This document shows positions 46,964-57,913 of a stretch of DNA of 64,000 nucleotides, in pieces; within the stretch, counting starts at the first letter, position 1; every line of letters starts with the position of its first letter. A model generated the notes under the pieces. It ran no database searches, had not been told where the DNA came from, and worked only from the letters and a program-made list of their open reading frames with translations. Location of the stretch: the NCBI RefSeq assembly GCF_013167455.1, contig NZ_CP038328.1. One strand, written 5' to 3'. The DNA comes from Escherichia coli O157:H7. GTDB taxonomy: Bacteria; Pseudomonadota; Gammaproteobacteria; Enterobacterales; Enterobacteriaceae. The translations under genes and the position numbers were made by a program.

Positions 46964-46990
46964 CCCGGCGGCGTTTTGTCGCCGGGTTTA
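46964..46990. terminator. bidirectional terminator between convergent ppsA and fadK
   Basis: Stem cccggcg / cgccggg with loop gcgttttgt, followed by ttta. Confidence 0.55.
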
Positions 46991-47011
46991 TGTGATCCCC
47001 GAAGATGAAAC

Positions 47012-48712
47012 TTATTCAATCTCTTCACAGACATCCTGCGTTAATCGCCGCATAATATCTTTCCGTAACAAAAACTTTTGTATTTTACCTGAGGCAGTGC
47101 GCGGTAGTTTTTCGATTACCACGATATGTTCAGGATATTTATATTTTGCGACCCGTTTACGGCTAAAAAAAGCCACCACCTCTTCCAGCGATAATGAATG
47201 ATGCGGCGCTTTCAGCACGACATAAGCGCATGATCGTTCACCTAAACGTTCATCGGGCATTGCAACCACACAGGCATCGTGAATTTTAGGATGCTGCAAT
47301 AAAATATCTTCCACTTCACGGCTGCTAATATTTTCGCCGCCGCGGACAATAATATCTTTTTTGCGTCCGGTAATTTTTATATAGCCAGCCTCATCCATAC
47401 GGCAGAGATCGCCGCTGTAATACCAGCCTTCTTCATCCAGGGCACGGGCGGTTAATTCAGGTTCATCAAAATATCCCATAAACACATTGGGGCCACGCGA
47501 GGCTTCTTCACCTTCGCAACCTGGCGGTAAGGTCTTGCGTGCGTCATCGACCACTTTAATCTCTACACCTGCGGCAGCGTAACCATCGGTGTGCATAAAG
47601 CGCGACAAAGGATCATCGAGATTCACCACCGCATGCGGCGAACTTTCTGTGGAACCATAAACACTTAATAATTTAATGCCGCGCTGCTGGCATTCACGCG
47701 CCACTTTTTTGGGGATTGTGGTACCGCCGCAAAGAAAGAAGCGCAGCGCTGAAAGGTCTGCGGGTTGTTTCTCTAGTAAATTCAAAAGATCATAGACAAA
47801 CGGCGTTGCGCCGAGCATACAGGAGCAACGCTGCTGCTCAAGCAGCGCGAGACACGCATCAGGAGTGAAAATATCTAACAACACGCTGCGAGCGCCAATT
47901 AAGAATGGTGCCGTTACGCCATGCAGAAAGCCCGTTGCGTGACCAAGTGGCGCAGGCATCATAAAGACATCCTGCCAGGTTAGATTCAGCCGCGCGCAAT
48001 AAGCCCGCTCACTGGCGAGAATATTGTTATGCGTAAGCATCACGCCCTTTGGCAGACCCTCGGTTCCGGAGGTAAACAGCACCGCAGCTAATTCATCGCC
48101 GTGGGTCGTTATCGCCGTGGTCAGTGGGGTATTGTCGGCGATAATCTGACTTAATGAGAGGGAAGAGGTGGCGGGAGCCAGTTTGTCCACGCCGACAATT
48201 TGTTGTAGTTGTGGAAGCTGATTTTGCAGCGGCAGGATTAAATCTACCGGACGCGTTTGTTTAAACAACGTCGGTGTAAAGAACATTTTTGCCTGACACT
48301 TATTAAGCACCCATACCAGTTCTGCTTCCCGCCAGGAAGGCAACAGCGGTACGGAAACCGCACCGATTTTCAGGCAGGCAAGATAGATAACGGTAAATTC
48401 ACACCAGCCTGGCAGTTGAAATGCTATGCGATCGCCTGATTCAATACCCTTCGCTAACATCCAGTTTGCCAGACAGCTCGCGGCGTGATCGAGCGCGCTA
48501 TAGGTGTACGATGCTCCATGATTATCGACCACGGCAATTTTGTCTGGCATCGCACGAGCGGTCTGCTGCCAGTAATCGGCCAGCGAAGCATCGCCCCATA
48601 GCCCTTGCTGACGATACGCCGCACGACGTTGTTCGTTAAACGTTAATGTCACTTTCATTTTGGACTCTCGAAACAGAACATCAGGCCCGAGATGCGGGCC
48701 TGTGGGATGCAT
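47012..48712 (-). CDS. fadK: short-chain acyl-CoA synthetase (AMP-forming)
   Basis: 566-codon ORF with AMP-binding motifs; the true start may be the internal ATG at 48658 (MKVTLTF, 548 aa) because the 48712 start lies only 2 bp after the ydiT stop, leaving no room for a ribosome-binding site. Confidence 0.82.
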   Translation of the reverse strand: MHPTGPHLGPDVLFRESKMKVTLTFNEQRRAAYRQQGLWGDASLADYWQQTARAMPDKIAVVDNHGASYTYSALDHAASCLANWMLAKGIESGDRIAFQLPGWCEFTVIYLACLKIGAVSVPLLPSWREAELVWVLNKCQAKMFFTPTLFKQTRPVDLILPLQNQLPQLQQIVGVDKLAPATSSLSLSQIIADNTPLTTAITTHGDELAAVLFTSGTEGLPKGVMLTHNNILASERAYCARLNLTWQDVFMMPAPLGHATGFLHGVTAPFLIGARSVLLDIFTPDACLALLEQQRCSCMLGATPFVYDLLNLLEKQPADLSALRFFLCGGTTIPKKVARECQQRGIKLLSVYGSTESSPHAVVNLDDPLSRFMHTDGYAAAGVEIKVVDDARKTLPPGCEGEEASRGPNVFMGYFDEPELTARALDEEGWYYSGDLCRMDEAGYIKITGRKKDIIVRGGENISSREVEDILLQHPKIHDACVVAMPDERLGERSCAYVVLKAPHHSLSLEEVVAFFSRKRVAKYKYPEHIVVIEKLPRTASGKIQKFLLRKDIMRRLTQDVCEEIE

Positions 48713-48714
48713 GA

Positions 48715-49008
48715 TTAGCCGTAGCGAAAATCAATACCGAAGGTGCCTGCGGGATATTGCCACTGTTCGAGAATAGTGTTACCGCACAGCACCCGACAGG
48801 TGCCGCACTCCAGACAACCGGCGGAATCAAAATGAATGTTTCCTGCGTCATCCTGCTTATAAAGTCCGGCAGGGCAGGCTTTCATTAATTTACGGAATTC
48901 ATTGATATCGGGATTTGCCGCCAAAATGATATGCGGGTGGCCCTCATCAACATGGAATTTATTGACGCCTAATTTGATGTCGACGTTAACCGTAGCGTTC
49001 TGGCTCAT
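48715..49008 (-). CDS. ydiT: FixX-like ferredoxin
   Basis: 97-aa ORF with Cys cluster (CLECGTCRVLCGN); start overlaps the ydiS stop by 4 nt. Confidence 0.85.
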   Translation of the reverse strand: MSQNATVNVDIKLGVNKFHVDEGHPHIILAANPDINEFRKLMKACPAGLYKQDDAGNIHFDSAGCLECGTCRVLCGNTILEQWQYPAGTFGIDFRYG

Positions 49009-50294
49009 AGCGCGGTTGCTCCCTTAATGCCATCTTTCAGCAAGTTGATCAGCCCAATTTTCTTCGCGTGTCCCATGATCATTTTGCGTACCGGCTGGTT
49101 AGGCTTACCGTCAATGGTGAACATCTCGTTCATGATGTCGGCTACCATTCGTGGGTATTGGCTAAACAGGCGCGGGTTTTCCATCAGCGCCGGGATCTTG
49201 CGAAAATGCTGCATATCACGCATGACGCAGCTTTGTTCCAGCTCACGTTTGTATTGCGCCAGACTGCTGGCGGAGAAATCCGCGCGTTCTTTGGCGGCGA
49301 TCACTGTTGTGGCGGCAGCCTGAGCCGATGCAATGGCTAAATCCATGCCGCGGACCGTAAAACCCAAATTCAGGCAGAAGCCTGCGGCGTCACCAACGAT
49401 CATCACGCCATCGTTAACCAGTTGCGGTACCATCGCCAGACCGCCTTCTGGCACCATATGCGCGGAATATTCAAGCAGTTTGCCGCCGCTAATCAGCGGG
49501 CGAATGGCGGGGTGTTGTTTAAAATCTTCCAGCATTTGCGGCACGCTTTTTTGCGCATGGGCGATATCAGCCAATCCACAAACCAGCCCCAAGGATATGG
49601 AATCCTTGTTGGTATAGAGAAATCCCCCGCCCATCAGGCCGTCAGAAGGGGAACCGGCAAACAGCCAGGCGGCACCTTCCTCGCCCGTAATATTAAAGCG
49701 ATCGTTGATCTGTTCTGGTGTGAGGCCAATAACCTCTTTAACACCAACAGCGTAATGATGCGGATCGGAAGCGGGAACCATTCCCAGCGAGCGGCCAAGC
49801 ATCGAGTTAACGCCATCGGCTAAAATCACCACATTGGCTTCGAGAATATCATCCCCGGCCTGGACTCCAGTGACCTTGTTTCCTTCACGAACCAACGCAT
49901 CGACGCGAACTCCCGGGATAAACTGTGCGCCCGCCTGCTCGGCTTGTTCCATCAACCACGGGTCCAGACGATTACGCAATACGGTATAAGATGCGTGTTG
50001 CGGAACATCTGGTTGCTCGCGGTGAAAATCGAGGGTAACGGCGCTCTCTTCGGTTAAGAAGGAGATTTTCTCGCGTGTGACCTTGCGTTCTACCGGCGCT
50101 GATGCTGCAAAGCCTGGAATGATTGCTTCAAGTGTGTGGGCATAAAGACGCCCGCCGGTCATGTTTTTACATCCGGCACTGTCGCCGCGTTCTATCACCA
50201 GGATATCCAGCCCGGCTCGCGCCATGACCAGTGCGGCAACGCTACCAGCAACGCCCGCACCGACCACAATGGCATCAAATTTGTCATCCGACAT
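49005..50294 (-). CDS. ydiS: FixC-like FAD-dependent oxidoreductase (ETF-quinone oxidoreductase-like)
   Basis: 429-aa ORF with N-terminal FAD motif (FDAIVVGAGVAGSVAA). Confidence 0.85.
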   Translation of the reverse strand: MSDDKFDAIVVGAGVAGSVAALVMARAGLDILVIERGDSAGCKNMTGGRLYAHTLEAIIPGFAASAPVERKVTREKISFLTEESAVTLDFHREQPDVPQHASYTVLRNRLDPWLMEQAEQAGAQFIPGVRVDALVREGNKVTGVQAGDDILEANVVILADGVNSMLGRSLGMVPASDPHHYAVGVKEVIGLTPEQINDRFNITGEEGAAWLFAGSPSDGLMGGGFLYTNKDSISLGLVCGLADIAHAQKSVPQMLEDFKQHPAIRPLISGGKLLEYSAHMVPEGGLAMVPQLVNDGVMIVGDAAGFCLNLGFTVRGMDLAIASAQAAATTVIAAKERADFSASSLAQYKRELEQSCVMRDMQHFRKIPALMENPRLFSQYPRMVADIMNEMFTIDGKPNQPVRKMIMGHAKKIGLINLLKDGIKGATAL

Positions 50295-50349
50295 GCGTTA
50301 TGCTCCCTTCCCGCTGCGTTTACAGCGGGAGATGTGGTTGAAAGGGGAA

Positions 50350-51288
50350 TTAGCGGCTCAACTGGCTAATCAGGGCAGGGACGACTTTGTAGATATCGCC
50401 CACCAGACCGTAGTCGGCATAGTTGAAGATTGGCGCATTTTTATCTTTATTGATGGCGACAATCACTTTTGCGCCGTTGCCGCCAACCATATGCTGGATC
50501 TGCCCGGAGATCCCTAGCGTCAGGTAGAGATCGGATTTCAGCAACACGCCGGAGACACCGATATAACGTTCACGCTCCATCCAGTTCTCGCCTTCGGCAA
50601 TTGGACGTGAACAGCCGACTTCAGCATTCAGCACCGCCGCCAGTTCGTGGACCATTTTCAGGTCATCCTGCGCTGCCAGACCACGACCGACGCCAACCAC
50701 ACGTTTTGCTTTGCTCAGGTCCACGCTGCTTGCGGCTTTCGCACGGCGTTCGCGACAGAGAATTTCATGACGCGGAGCAACGTAAGGTACCGTTTCTGTC
50801 GGGCACTGATGAGAGGTATCACTGGTGCACGGTTCCTGAACACCGGGTGCAAGGGTAATGATCGCCAGCGAGCTGTTGATCTTTTCCTGAGCGAACGCTA
50901 ACCCGCCATACATCCGGTGTTCGGCGCAAATGTGACCATCGACAATATCCACCGCCGTGGCATCGTTCACCAGCGCCGCATTCAGTTGCACACTTAACCG
51001 TGCTGCCAGCGCTTTACCACGTTTCGTCGCGGCCAGTAGCAACATAGCGGGGTGTTTATCTTTCAGCAGAGCAGCAATGCTTTCGGCGTAATTTTCAGTG
51101 CGTTGCAGCGCGTCGTTTTGCTCAAGAACATAAATACATTTTGGACCATAAGGCATAACTGCCTGCGCCTGGTCGGTATTTTGTACAATGGCATACACCT
51201 GTTGGCCCCATTGCTGAGCGCCGCCAAACAGTTCAGCATAACGTTCAGGATTATCGCTAAAGACCCAGACGCTGTTTAATTGACTCAT
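50350..51288 (-). CDS. ydiR: electron transfer flavoprotein alpha subunit (FixB-like)
   Basis: 312-aa ORF. Confidence 0.85.
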   Translation of the reverse strand: MSQLNSVWVFSDNPERYAELFGGAQQWGQQVYAIVQNTDQAQAVMPYGPKCIYVLEQNDALQRTENYAESIAALLKDKHPAMLLLAATKRGKALAARLSVQLNAALVNDATAVDIVDGHICAEHRMYGGLAFAQEKINSSLAIITLAPGVQEPCTSDTSHQCPTETVPYVAPRHEILCRERRAKAASSVDLSKAKRVVGVGRGLAAQDDLKMVHELAAVLNAEVGCSRPIAEGENWMERERYIGVSGVLLKSDLYLTLGISGQIQHMVGGNGAKVIVAINKDKNAPIFNYADYGLVGDIYKVVPALISQLSR

Positions 51289-51307
51289 CGTTTCTTCTCC
51301 GTAGGCT

Positions 51308-52072
51308 TCAGTTCAGGGCTTTCTTCAGATGTTCCGCCAGCTCGGCAATGGCCTCCGGCGAATCGTTATCGAGAATGATGTGCTTACGTTCTGTTTGCGG
51401 CGGTACGCGAATGCCGGTCAGTTCAGCAAGTGGTGCGCTCTGGCTCCAGCCAATATCACTTGCCTGCCACTGATTTACCGGTTTTTTACCCGCGCCGAGA
51501 ATGGCTTTCATCGAAGGAATGCGTGGCACGTTAATATCGGAGGTGACGCAGAGCACGGCTGGAACAGAGAGTTCAATAACTTCAACGTCATCTTCAAGCG
51601 TGCGTTCAATCACCAGTGTATTGCCCTGACGCTGAATAGCACTCACTGCATTAATCACCGGAAGTTGCAGAATTTCTCCGACCAGCAAGCCAACCTGCTG
51701 GGCATAAAGGTCGCCGGAACCTTTACCAAAGATCAGTAAATCGAAGCCGATCTTTTCAACTGCTGCCGCCAGCGCTTTTGCGGTATCGAGAGGCAGTGCA
51801 TGCTCAAGTTGTGCATCCTGCACCATATACAGGCTGTGCGGCCCGCGGGATAGCACGTCTTTGCGCACTTTCGAGTTCTGCAACAATGAGCCGCCAACGG
51901 TCAGCGCGGCTATCTCATCGTCATCTGTTGCAAGCTGGCTTGCAGCTTCAATGGCATTGAGATCGAACTGGCTGATTTTGGCGTCGGCATTGTCGAAATT
52001 CAGGGTGTATTCTGGAGTGACAACAATGTCCTGTTCTTCAGGCACCAGCTTAAAGCAGGTTATTATTTTCAT
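51308..52072 (-). CDS. ydiQ: electron transfer flavoprotein beta subunit (FixA-like)
   Basis: ORF-track frame 51308-52171; start placed at MKIITCFKLVPEEQD giving 254 aa. Confidence 0.85.
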   Translation of the reverse strand: MKIITCFKLVPEEQDIVVTPEYTLNFDNADAKISQFDLNAIEAASQLATDDDEIAALTVGGSLLQNSKVRKDVLSRGPHSLYMVQDAQLEHALPLDTAKALAAAVEKIGFDLLIFGKGSGDLYAQQVGLLVGEILQLPVINAVSAIQRQGNTLVIERTLEDDVEVIELSVPAVLCVTSDINVPRIPSMKAILGAGKKPVNQWQASDIGWSQSAPLAELTGIRVPPQTERKHIILDNDSPEAIAELAEHLKKALN

Positions 52073-52387
52073 GATTTCTCCTGTGAGTCGCATACGGAAC
52101 CATCTCCGATGGAAGGTAAAAATGGCCTGAAAATAGTGTGCGATAGCGGTGCGGGGTTTTCGACGGAGCAAGCTGTTTTCCTTGCCAACAATCTTGCAAA
52201 AAAAATGCGATCGCTAAAACAAAAGTGCAATTTGCGGCAATATAGTTATTCCATGACCGTACAATCTTGCATTCAGTGTAAATAATCTTGTTTAGCTCTC
52301 GCTAAACGCGGTTGTATAACCGCAATACACGCCGTATTTTATCCGGCATATATTGTTTTTGCTTGCTCATGGAATAGGGAGGTTGTC

Positions 52388-53299
52388 ATGTATCAACGCT
52401 GTTTTGATAATGCCAGTGAAACGCTGTTTGTCGCTGGTAAAACGCCACGGCTTTCACGTTTTGCATTTAGCGATGATCCAAAATGGGAGTCTGGACATCA
52501 CGTTCATGACAATGAAACCGAGCTGATTTACGTCAAGAAAGGGGTGGCAAGGTTTACCATCGATTCTTCGTTATATGTCGCGCATGCAGATGATATAGTG
52601 GTGATAGAACGCGGCAGGCTGCATGCGGTGGCCTCTGACGTTAACGATCCGGCAACGACGTGTACTTGTGCGCTGTACGGCTTTCAGTTTCAGGGGGCTG
52701 AGGAAAATCATCTACTGCAACCGCATTCTTGTCCGGTAATTGCCGCGGGGCAGGGAAAAGAAGTCATTAAAACCTTATTTAATGAGCTAAGTGTGATTTT
52801 GCCGCAAAGTAAAAATAGCCAAACATCTTCGTTATGGGATGCATTTGCCTATACATTAGCAATTCTTTACTACGAAAACTTTAAAAATGCTTATCGTTCG
52901 GAGCAGGGGTATATTAAAAAAGATGTTCTGATAAAAGATATTCTTTTCTATCTGAATAATAATTATCGCGAAAAAATCACTTTAGAACAGTTATCGAAAA
53001 AATTTCGTGCCAGCGTCAGTTATATTTGCCATGAATTTACCAAAGAGTATCGTATTTCCCCTATTAACTATGTTATTCAACGGCGTATGACGGAAGCAAA
53101 ATGGTCACTCACTAATACTGAATTATCACAGGCAGAGATCTCCTGGCGTGTGGGTTATGAAAATGTCGATCACTTTGCCAAACTGTTTTTGCGCCATGTC
53201 GGCTGTTCGCCCAGCGATTACCGCAGGCAATTTAAAAACTGTTTTGCGGAACAAGAAATCCTATCTGAATTTCCTCAACCGGTAAGTCTTGCCGGATAA
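52388..53299 (+). CDS. ydiP: AraC-family transcriptional regulator
   Basis: 303-aa ORF with C-terminal AraC-type HTH; divergent from ydiQ. Confidence 0.8.
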   Translation: MYQRCFDNASETLFVAGKTPRLSRFAFSDDPKWESGHHVHDNETELIYVKKGVARFTIDSSLYVAHADDIVVIERGRLHAVASDVNDPATTCTCALYGFQFQGAEENHLLQPHSCPVIAAGQGKEVIKTLFNELSVILPQSKNSQTSSLWDAFAYTLAILYYENFKNAYRSEQGYIKKDVLIKDILFYLNNNYREKITLEQLSKKFRASVSYICHEFTKEYRISPINYVIQRRMTEAKWSLTNTELSQAEISWRVGYENVDHFAKLFLRHVGCSPSDYRRQFKNCFAEQEILSEFPQPVSLAG

Positions 53300-53341
53300 A
53301 TCTGGCGGCGCAGTTTGTTAAGAAGCTGCGCCGCCTGCAGA

Positions 53342-54493
53342 TTATTTGTTCTGATAGTCTTTCAGGATCTGCCGACCTGCTACGTAAATCATAATTTCGT
53401 CTGTACCGCCGCCAATACGTTCACAACGGACATCACGCCAGAAGCGGGAGACGCGCGCCTCATCGGTATAGCCCAGACCGCCCATGATTTGAATCGCATC
53501 ATCAATGACTTCCATTGCGGTACGTGCACAGTACAGTTTTGCCAGCGCCGCGCTGGTGCGCAGTGATTGATGCTGATCGGCTTGCCATGCCACTTTCAGC
53601 ACCATGTTGCGCATGTTGTCAATCTTAATCGCCATCAGCGCCAGTTTTTCCTGGATCATCTGGTTATGACCAATGGGTTTACCAAAAGCGATACGCTGGT
53701 TGGCATAGCGAGCGGCATCTTCAAAGGCACACTCGGCAAAGCCGGTGCTGCGCGCGGCGTTGATCAGGCGCTCCATCTCAAAGTTGTACATCACATTGAG
53801 GAAACCCATTCCTTCTTCGCCCACCATGTCGCTCTCTTCAACTTCCACGTTGTCGAGATAGACTTCGCAGGTGCTGAGCATATGCCAGCCGATTTTATGC
53901 AGCGGGTTAATCTTAATGCCGGGCTTACTGGAGTCGACCCACCACAGGGTGAAGGCTTTTTTGGGATCTTTCGGTTGCGGATCGCGCGCCAGCACCAGCA
54001 TATACGGGTACTCTTTCGCACCGGTAATAAAGGTTTTCTGTCCGTTGATGTAAACCTTGCCGTTTTTACGCGTGTAAGTGGTAGTGGCACTGTTGTTATC
54101 TGAGCCAGCACCTGGTTCCGTCAACGCCAGGGCATAGGCGGGATCACCCGTTTCCAGGGTGCTTTCTGCCGTTTTACGTAGCTGCTCTGCAGAACCGAAA
54201 CGGCGCATACTGTGAATACATTGACCGTTGGTAATTAAAAATGCCGGAGCACCGCATTTTGACACTTCCATCAGCGCCAGCATTTGGGTGACGTAATCAG
54301 CAGGGATACCACCAAATTCTTCCGGCACGCCAAGCATGGAAATACCGTTATCCGCCAGTGCCCGCATAAACTCACGCGGATATGTCCCGTTTTGATCGCA
54401 GGTGCGGAAATACTCTTCCGGAAAGTTAGTCGTAATCAGTTCGCGAATACTGGCCAGCAGCAGTTCTTGTTCTTCAGTTAAAGAAAAATCCAT
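53342..54493 (-). CDS. ydiO: acyl-CoA dehydrogenase-family protein (putative enoyl-CoA reductase)
   Basis: ORF-track frame 53342-54547; start placed at MDFSLTEEQELL giving 383 aa; ACAD fold. Confidence 0.85.
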   Translation of the reverse strand: MDFSLTEEQELLLASIRELITTNFPEEYFRTCDQNGTYPREFMRALADNGISMLGVPEEFGGIPADYVTQMLALMEVSKCGAPAFLITNGQCIHSMRRFGSAEQLRKTAESTLETGDPAYALALTEPGAGSDNNSATTTYTRKNGKVYINGQKTFITGAKEYPYMLVLARDPQPKDPKKAFTLWWVDSSKPGIKINPLHKIGWHMLSTCEVYLDNVEVEESDMVGEEGMGFLNVMYNFEMERLINAARSTGFAECAFEDAARYANQRIAFGKPIGHNQMIQEKLALMAIKIDNMRNMVLKVAWQADQHQSLRTSAALAKLYCARTAMEVIDDAIQIMGGLGYTDEARVSRFWRDVRCERIGGGTDEIMIYVAGRQILKDYQNK

Positions 54494-54506
54494 CGTGATA
54501 CTCCTG

Positions 54507-56102
54507 TTAATGAGCCGCTTCAGGCAGGACAAAACCCATCGCCGCATCGATAAATAATCTTTCGTCCATCAGTTTGAGTTCTGGCGAAATCACTGGGGTG
54601 AAATCCATTTTGTCGAGAATATCTTTTTGTAAATCGACGCCAGGGGCGATTTCGATTAAATGCAGTCCGTCTTCTTTCAGCGTGAATACGGCGCGCTCAG
54701 TGATATAACGAACATCCAGCCCTCGCTCGAGAGCGATTTTTCCGCTAAAAGTAATTTCCGGTAGTTCCCGAATAAATTTCTTCACCCGTCCTTCCTGGAC
54801 GATATTCAATTTGCCATCGGCAATTTCTGTTTTTAAACTGCCCGCAGTTAACGTGCCGCAGAAAATAATTTTCTTCGAGGTGGCACTGATATCAATAAAT
54901 CCACCGGTACCCATGATTTTGCCATTGAATTTATGCACGCCGACGTTACCGTGCTGGTCGACTTCAGCAAAACTCAAATAACAAACATCCAGACCACCAC
55001 CGTGATAAAAATCAAACTGGGACGTCATATCCAGAATGGCACGGGTATTCACGTTCGCGCCAAAGGCGATACCCTGTGAAGTAATTCCACCAATCGGACC
55101 TGTTTCTACCGTCAGAATAAAGTCATCAGCACAACCTTCTTCCCGGGCGACCAGGCCAATGCCGTCAGCAATACCGACGCCGACATTCCCCACCGCGCCT
55201 TTACGCATTTCGAATAATGCACGCCGTGCAACTAATTTACGTTGGTTTAGGGGCAGGCTAAGTTTGGTGCTGTCATCAAGGGTGAAGTCACCAGAAATAA
55301 AGCGGTTAACCGGCGCACCGCCATATAGTTGGCTTTGATCCGGATCGACCACCACAATATCCACCAGATAACCCGGAATACGGACAGATTTAGGATGCAG
55401 TGTGGCTTTCTTAACCATTTTCTGCACCTGCATCATCACAATACCGCCGTTATTGTGCACCGCCTGGGCAATAACCAATGCGTCGAGATACATCACCTCA
55501 TCTTCAAAAGTGGCGTAGCCTTCACTGTCGCAGGTGGTAGCGCGAATGAAAGCAATATCTGGCGCAATTGCTTTGTAATAGAGATATTCTTTGTTATCAA
55601 ACTCGACCAGTTTAATCAGGTCTTCTTTAGTGACTTCATTCAGTTTGCCGCCTTGCTGGCGTGGATCGACAAATGTCCCGATGCCAATATCACTAATAAT
55701 ACCAGGCTGGTGGGCTGCGGCGGCGCGTAAGGTTTGTGTAAGTACACCTTGTGGATAGTTATAAGCAATAATTTTATTTTGTTCTGCGAGATCAGAAATA
55801 CGCGGCGATTGTCCCCAGTGACCGCATAATGCCCATTTCACCAGACCTTCTTGCGCCAGCGGACTAATACCGCGGTCGGCGCGATCGCCAAGCCCTGTTG
55901 GACTAATAATCGATAAATTACGTGGCGTTTGAGTCTGTTTATATTTATCAGCAAGAGCAGTAATTAACGTGGTGGCTTCCAGAATACCGCCGCCAGCGCC
56001 TAACACACAAAGTGTTGCTTCGTCGGGAATATAATTCACCGCTTCCTGTGCCGACAGGACCGGCACTCGTCCATTAATACGAGGTGGTTTTACAGGTTTC
56101 AT
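54507..56102 (-). CDS. ydiF: family-I CoA-transferase (acetate/short-chain acyl-CoA transferase, fused subunits)
   Basis: 531-aa ORF. Confidence 0.85.
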   Translation of the reverse strand: MKPVKPPRINGRVPVLSAQEAVNYIPDEATLCVLGAGGGILEATTLITALADKYKQTQTPRNLSIISPTGLGDRADRGISPLAQEGLVKWALCGHWGQSPRISDLAEQNKIIAYNYPQGVLTQTLRAAAAHQPGIISDIGIGTFVDPRQQGGKLNEVTKEDLIKLVEFDNKEYLYYKAIAPDIAFIRATTCDSEGYATFEDEVMYLDALVIAQAVHNNGGIVMMQVQKMVKKATLHPKSVRIPGYLVDIVVVDPDQSQLYGGAPVNRFISGDFTLDDSTKLSLPLNQRKLVARRALFEMRKGAVGNVGVGIADGIGLVAREEGCADDFILTVETGPIGGITSQGIAFGANVNTRAILDMTSQFDFYHGGGLDVCYLSFAEVDQHGNVGVHKFNGKIMGTGGFIDISATSKKIIFCGTLTAGSLKTEIADGKLNIVQEGRVKKFIRELPEITFSGKIALERGLDVRYITERAVFTLKEDGLHLIEIAPGVDLQKDILDKMDFTPVISPELKLMDERLFIDAAMGFVLPEAAH

Positions 56103-56246
56103 TGTTAATTCCTGATTCAGGTGTGATTTTCCCTACGCCAGATGGATAATTAGCGCACAGAGACTCACGAAATATTTTTATTAAATACGGTTGAATATAT
56201 TTTTTTAGTTCGGCGGGGGAGGATATTCCCGCCGAAATATTATTGC

Positions 56247-57005
56247 TTATGCCTGATGTAAAATAGTTAATACTGTGCGCAAATCATTTACCGAGATTTG
56301 CCCTGGCGCAGAGGCTTTTTTTACCGCACCAAAAGTTGCCGCCGAGCCAAATACTTCACCAGCCAGACGAGAAATTACGCCAGTTTTTGCCATTGACATC
56401 GTGATGATTGGACGATCGGCATACTGCTCCTGCATCTCCAGGGTCGCGGCAAGCAACGCCAGCACATCGCTGGTACTTTGCGGCATCAGCGCAATCTTAG
56501 GAATATCGGCGTCGAAGGACTGCATTTTGCGCAGACGGGCAATGATTTCTTCGGCTTCCGGCGTTTTATGGAAGTCATGGTTGGACATGACAACTTTCAC
56601 ATCATGCGCGTGGGCGTAGGCGACGGTTTCTTTAACCTGATCATCGCCGGTAAATAACTCCAGATCGATCATATCAACCAGGCCGCTGTCGATGGCTGCA
56701 CGATTGAGAGCAATATAAGCCTCGGTGGAAATCGCCTGCTCGCCGCCTTCTTTGGCACTGCGGAAGGTAAACAGCAGCGGTTTTTCTGGCATGGTTTCAC
56801 GGAGAATTTTTGCCGCCGCCATGACAGACTCCACATTGGAGAGGTCGGCAAAGTGGTCCACACGCCATTCCAGAATATCAAAGTCCGCTTCACGATAGGC
56901 GAGAGCTTCGGATTTCACTCGGGCGATATCTTTCGCCATCAGCGAGACGATGATTTTAGGTGCGCCCGTACCAATGACGAGATCTTTTACAGTTACGGTT
57001 TTCAT
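56247..57005 (-). CDS. aroD: 3-dehydroquinate dehydratase type I
   Basis: 252-aa ORF. Confidence 0.92.
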   Translation of the reverse strand: MKTVTVKDLVIGTGAPKIIVSLMAKDIARVKSEALAYREADFDILEWRVDHFADLSNVESVMAAAKILRETMPEKPLLFTFRSAKEGGEQAISTEAYIALNRAAIDSGLVDMIDLELFTGDDQVKETVAYAHAHDVKVVMSNHDFHKTPEAEEIIARLRKMQSFDADIPKIALMPQSTSDVLALLAATLEMQEQYADRPIITMSMAKTGVISRLAGEVFGSAATFGAVKKASAPGQISVNDLRTVLTILHQA

Positions 57006-57035
57006 TTTTTACCCTTTCTGCACGCGGTCAGCCTG

Positions 57036-57902
57036 TCAGGCACCGAACCCCATGACCTGTTTAACATATTCCAGAGGGAAATCTTTGCCAGTCCATAACG
57101 TGAACTGTTCAGCCCCTTGCCACAACAACATGCCGTATCCATCAATCGTTTTGCAACCAGCTTGTTGCGCCTGCTGCAATAACTTCGTCATATGCGGGTT
57201 ATACACGCATTCAGTGACCAGCAGTCCCGGATGTAACAGACTGATATCATTAACCAATGATTTATTCTCAAGGGGTTTCATACCCACTTTTGTGCCATTG
57301 GTTAAAATGTCGGCGGAAGCCAGGGCTTCAGCAAAGGCTTGCTGATCGGCGAGATCGGTAACCGTGACGACACAATCGGTGTTTTCGTTAACCCGCTGCG
57401 CGAAGGCGAGGGCTTTATCGAAGAACTTATCCCGACGGTTAAAGAGTTTAATTTCTTTTAAACCTTCAATTGCCCCCTGCGCGCCAATCGCCGTTGAGGC
57501 ACCTCCGGCCCCTAACAGCACCATTGTTTTGCCTTTGATATCAAAACCGCTCTCTTTAATGGCGCGAATATGGCCCGTGCCGTCGGTGTTATAGCCGCGC
57601 AGGTAGCCATCATCATTAACGATGGTGTTGATGGCACCCACCAGTTTGGCTGCTGGCGTTAATTCATCAACATATTCACACGCCAGTTGTTTGTTCGGCA
57701 TTGATACACCAGTTCCGCGCATTTTTAGAGCTTTTAATCCTTCAATTGCTCCGGGAAAGCTATCGTTATCCACTTCGAAGGCCATATAGGTAAATGGCAA
57801 TCCCGCTTTTTCTAAGGCTTTATTCTGCATTTCAGGCGATAAACTGTGGCGGATAGGATAAGCCATCAACCCAATCAATTCGTATTTTGCGGTAACATCC
57901 AT
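57036..57902 (-). CDS. ydiB: quinate/shikimate 5-dehydrogenase (NAD(P)-dependent, AroE paralog)
   Basis: 288-aa ORF with Rossmann motif (LLGAGGAS). Confidence 0.9.
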   Translation of the reverse strand: MDVTAKYELIGLMAYPIRHSLSPEMQNKALEKAGLPFTYMAFEVDNDSFPGAIEGLKALKMRGTGVSMPNKQLACEYVDELTPAAKLVGAINTIVNDDGYLRGYNTDGTGHIRAIKESGFDIKGKTMVLLGAGGASTAIGAQGAIEGLKEIKLFNRRDKFFDKALAFAQRVNENTDCVVTVTDLADQQAFAEALASADILTNGTKVGMKPLENKSLVNDISLLHPGLLVTECVYNPHMTKLLQQAQQAGCKTIDGYGMLLWQGAEQFTLWTGKDFPLEYVKQVMGFGA

Positions 57903-57913
57903 AATTAACTCCT

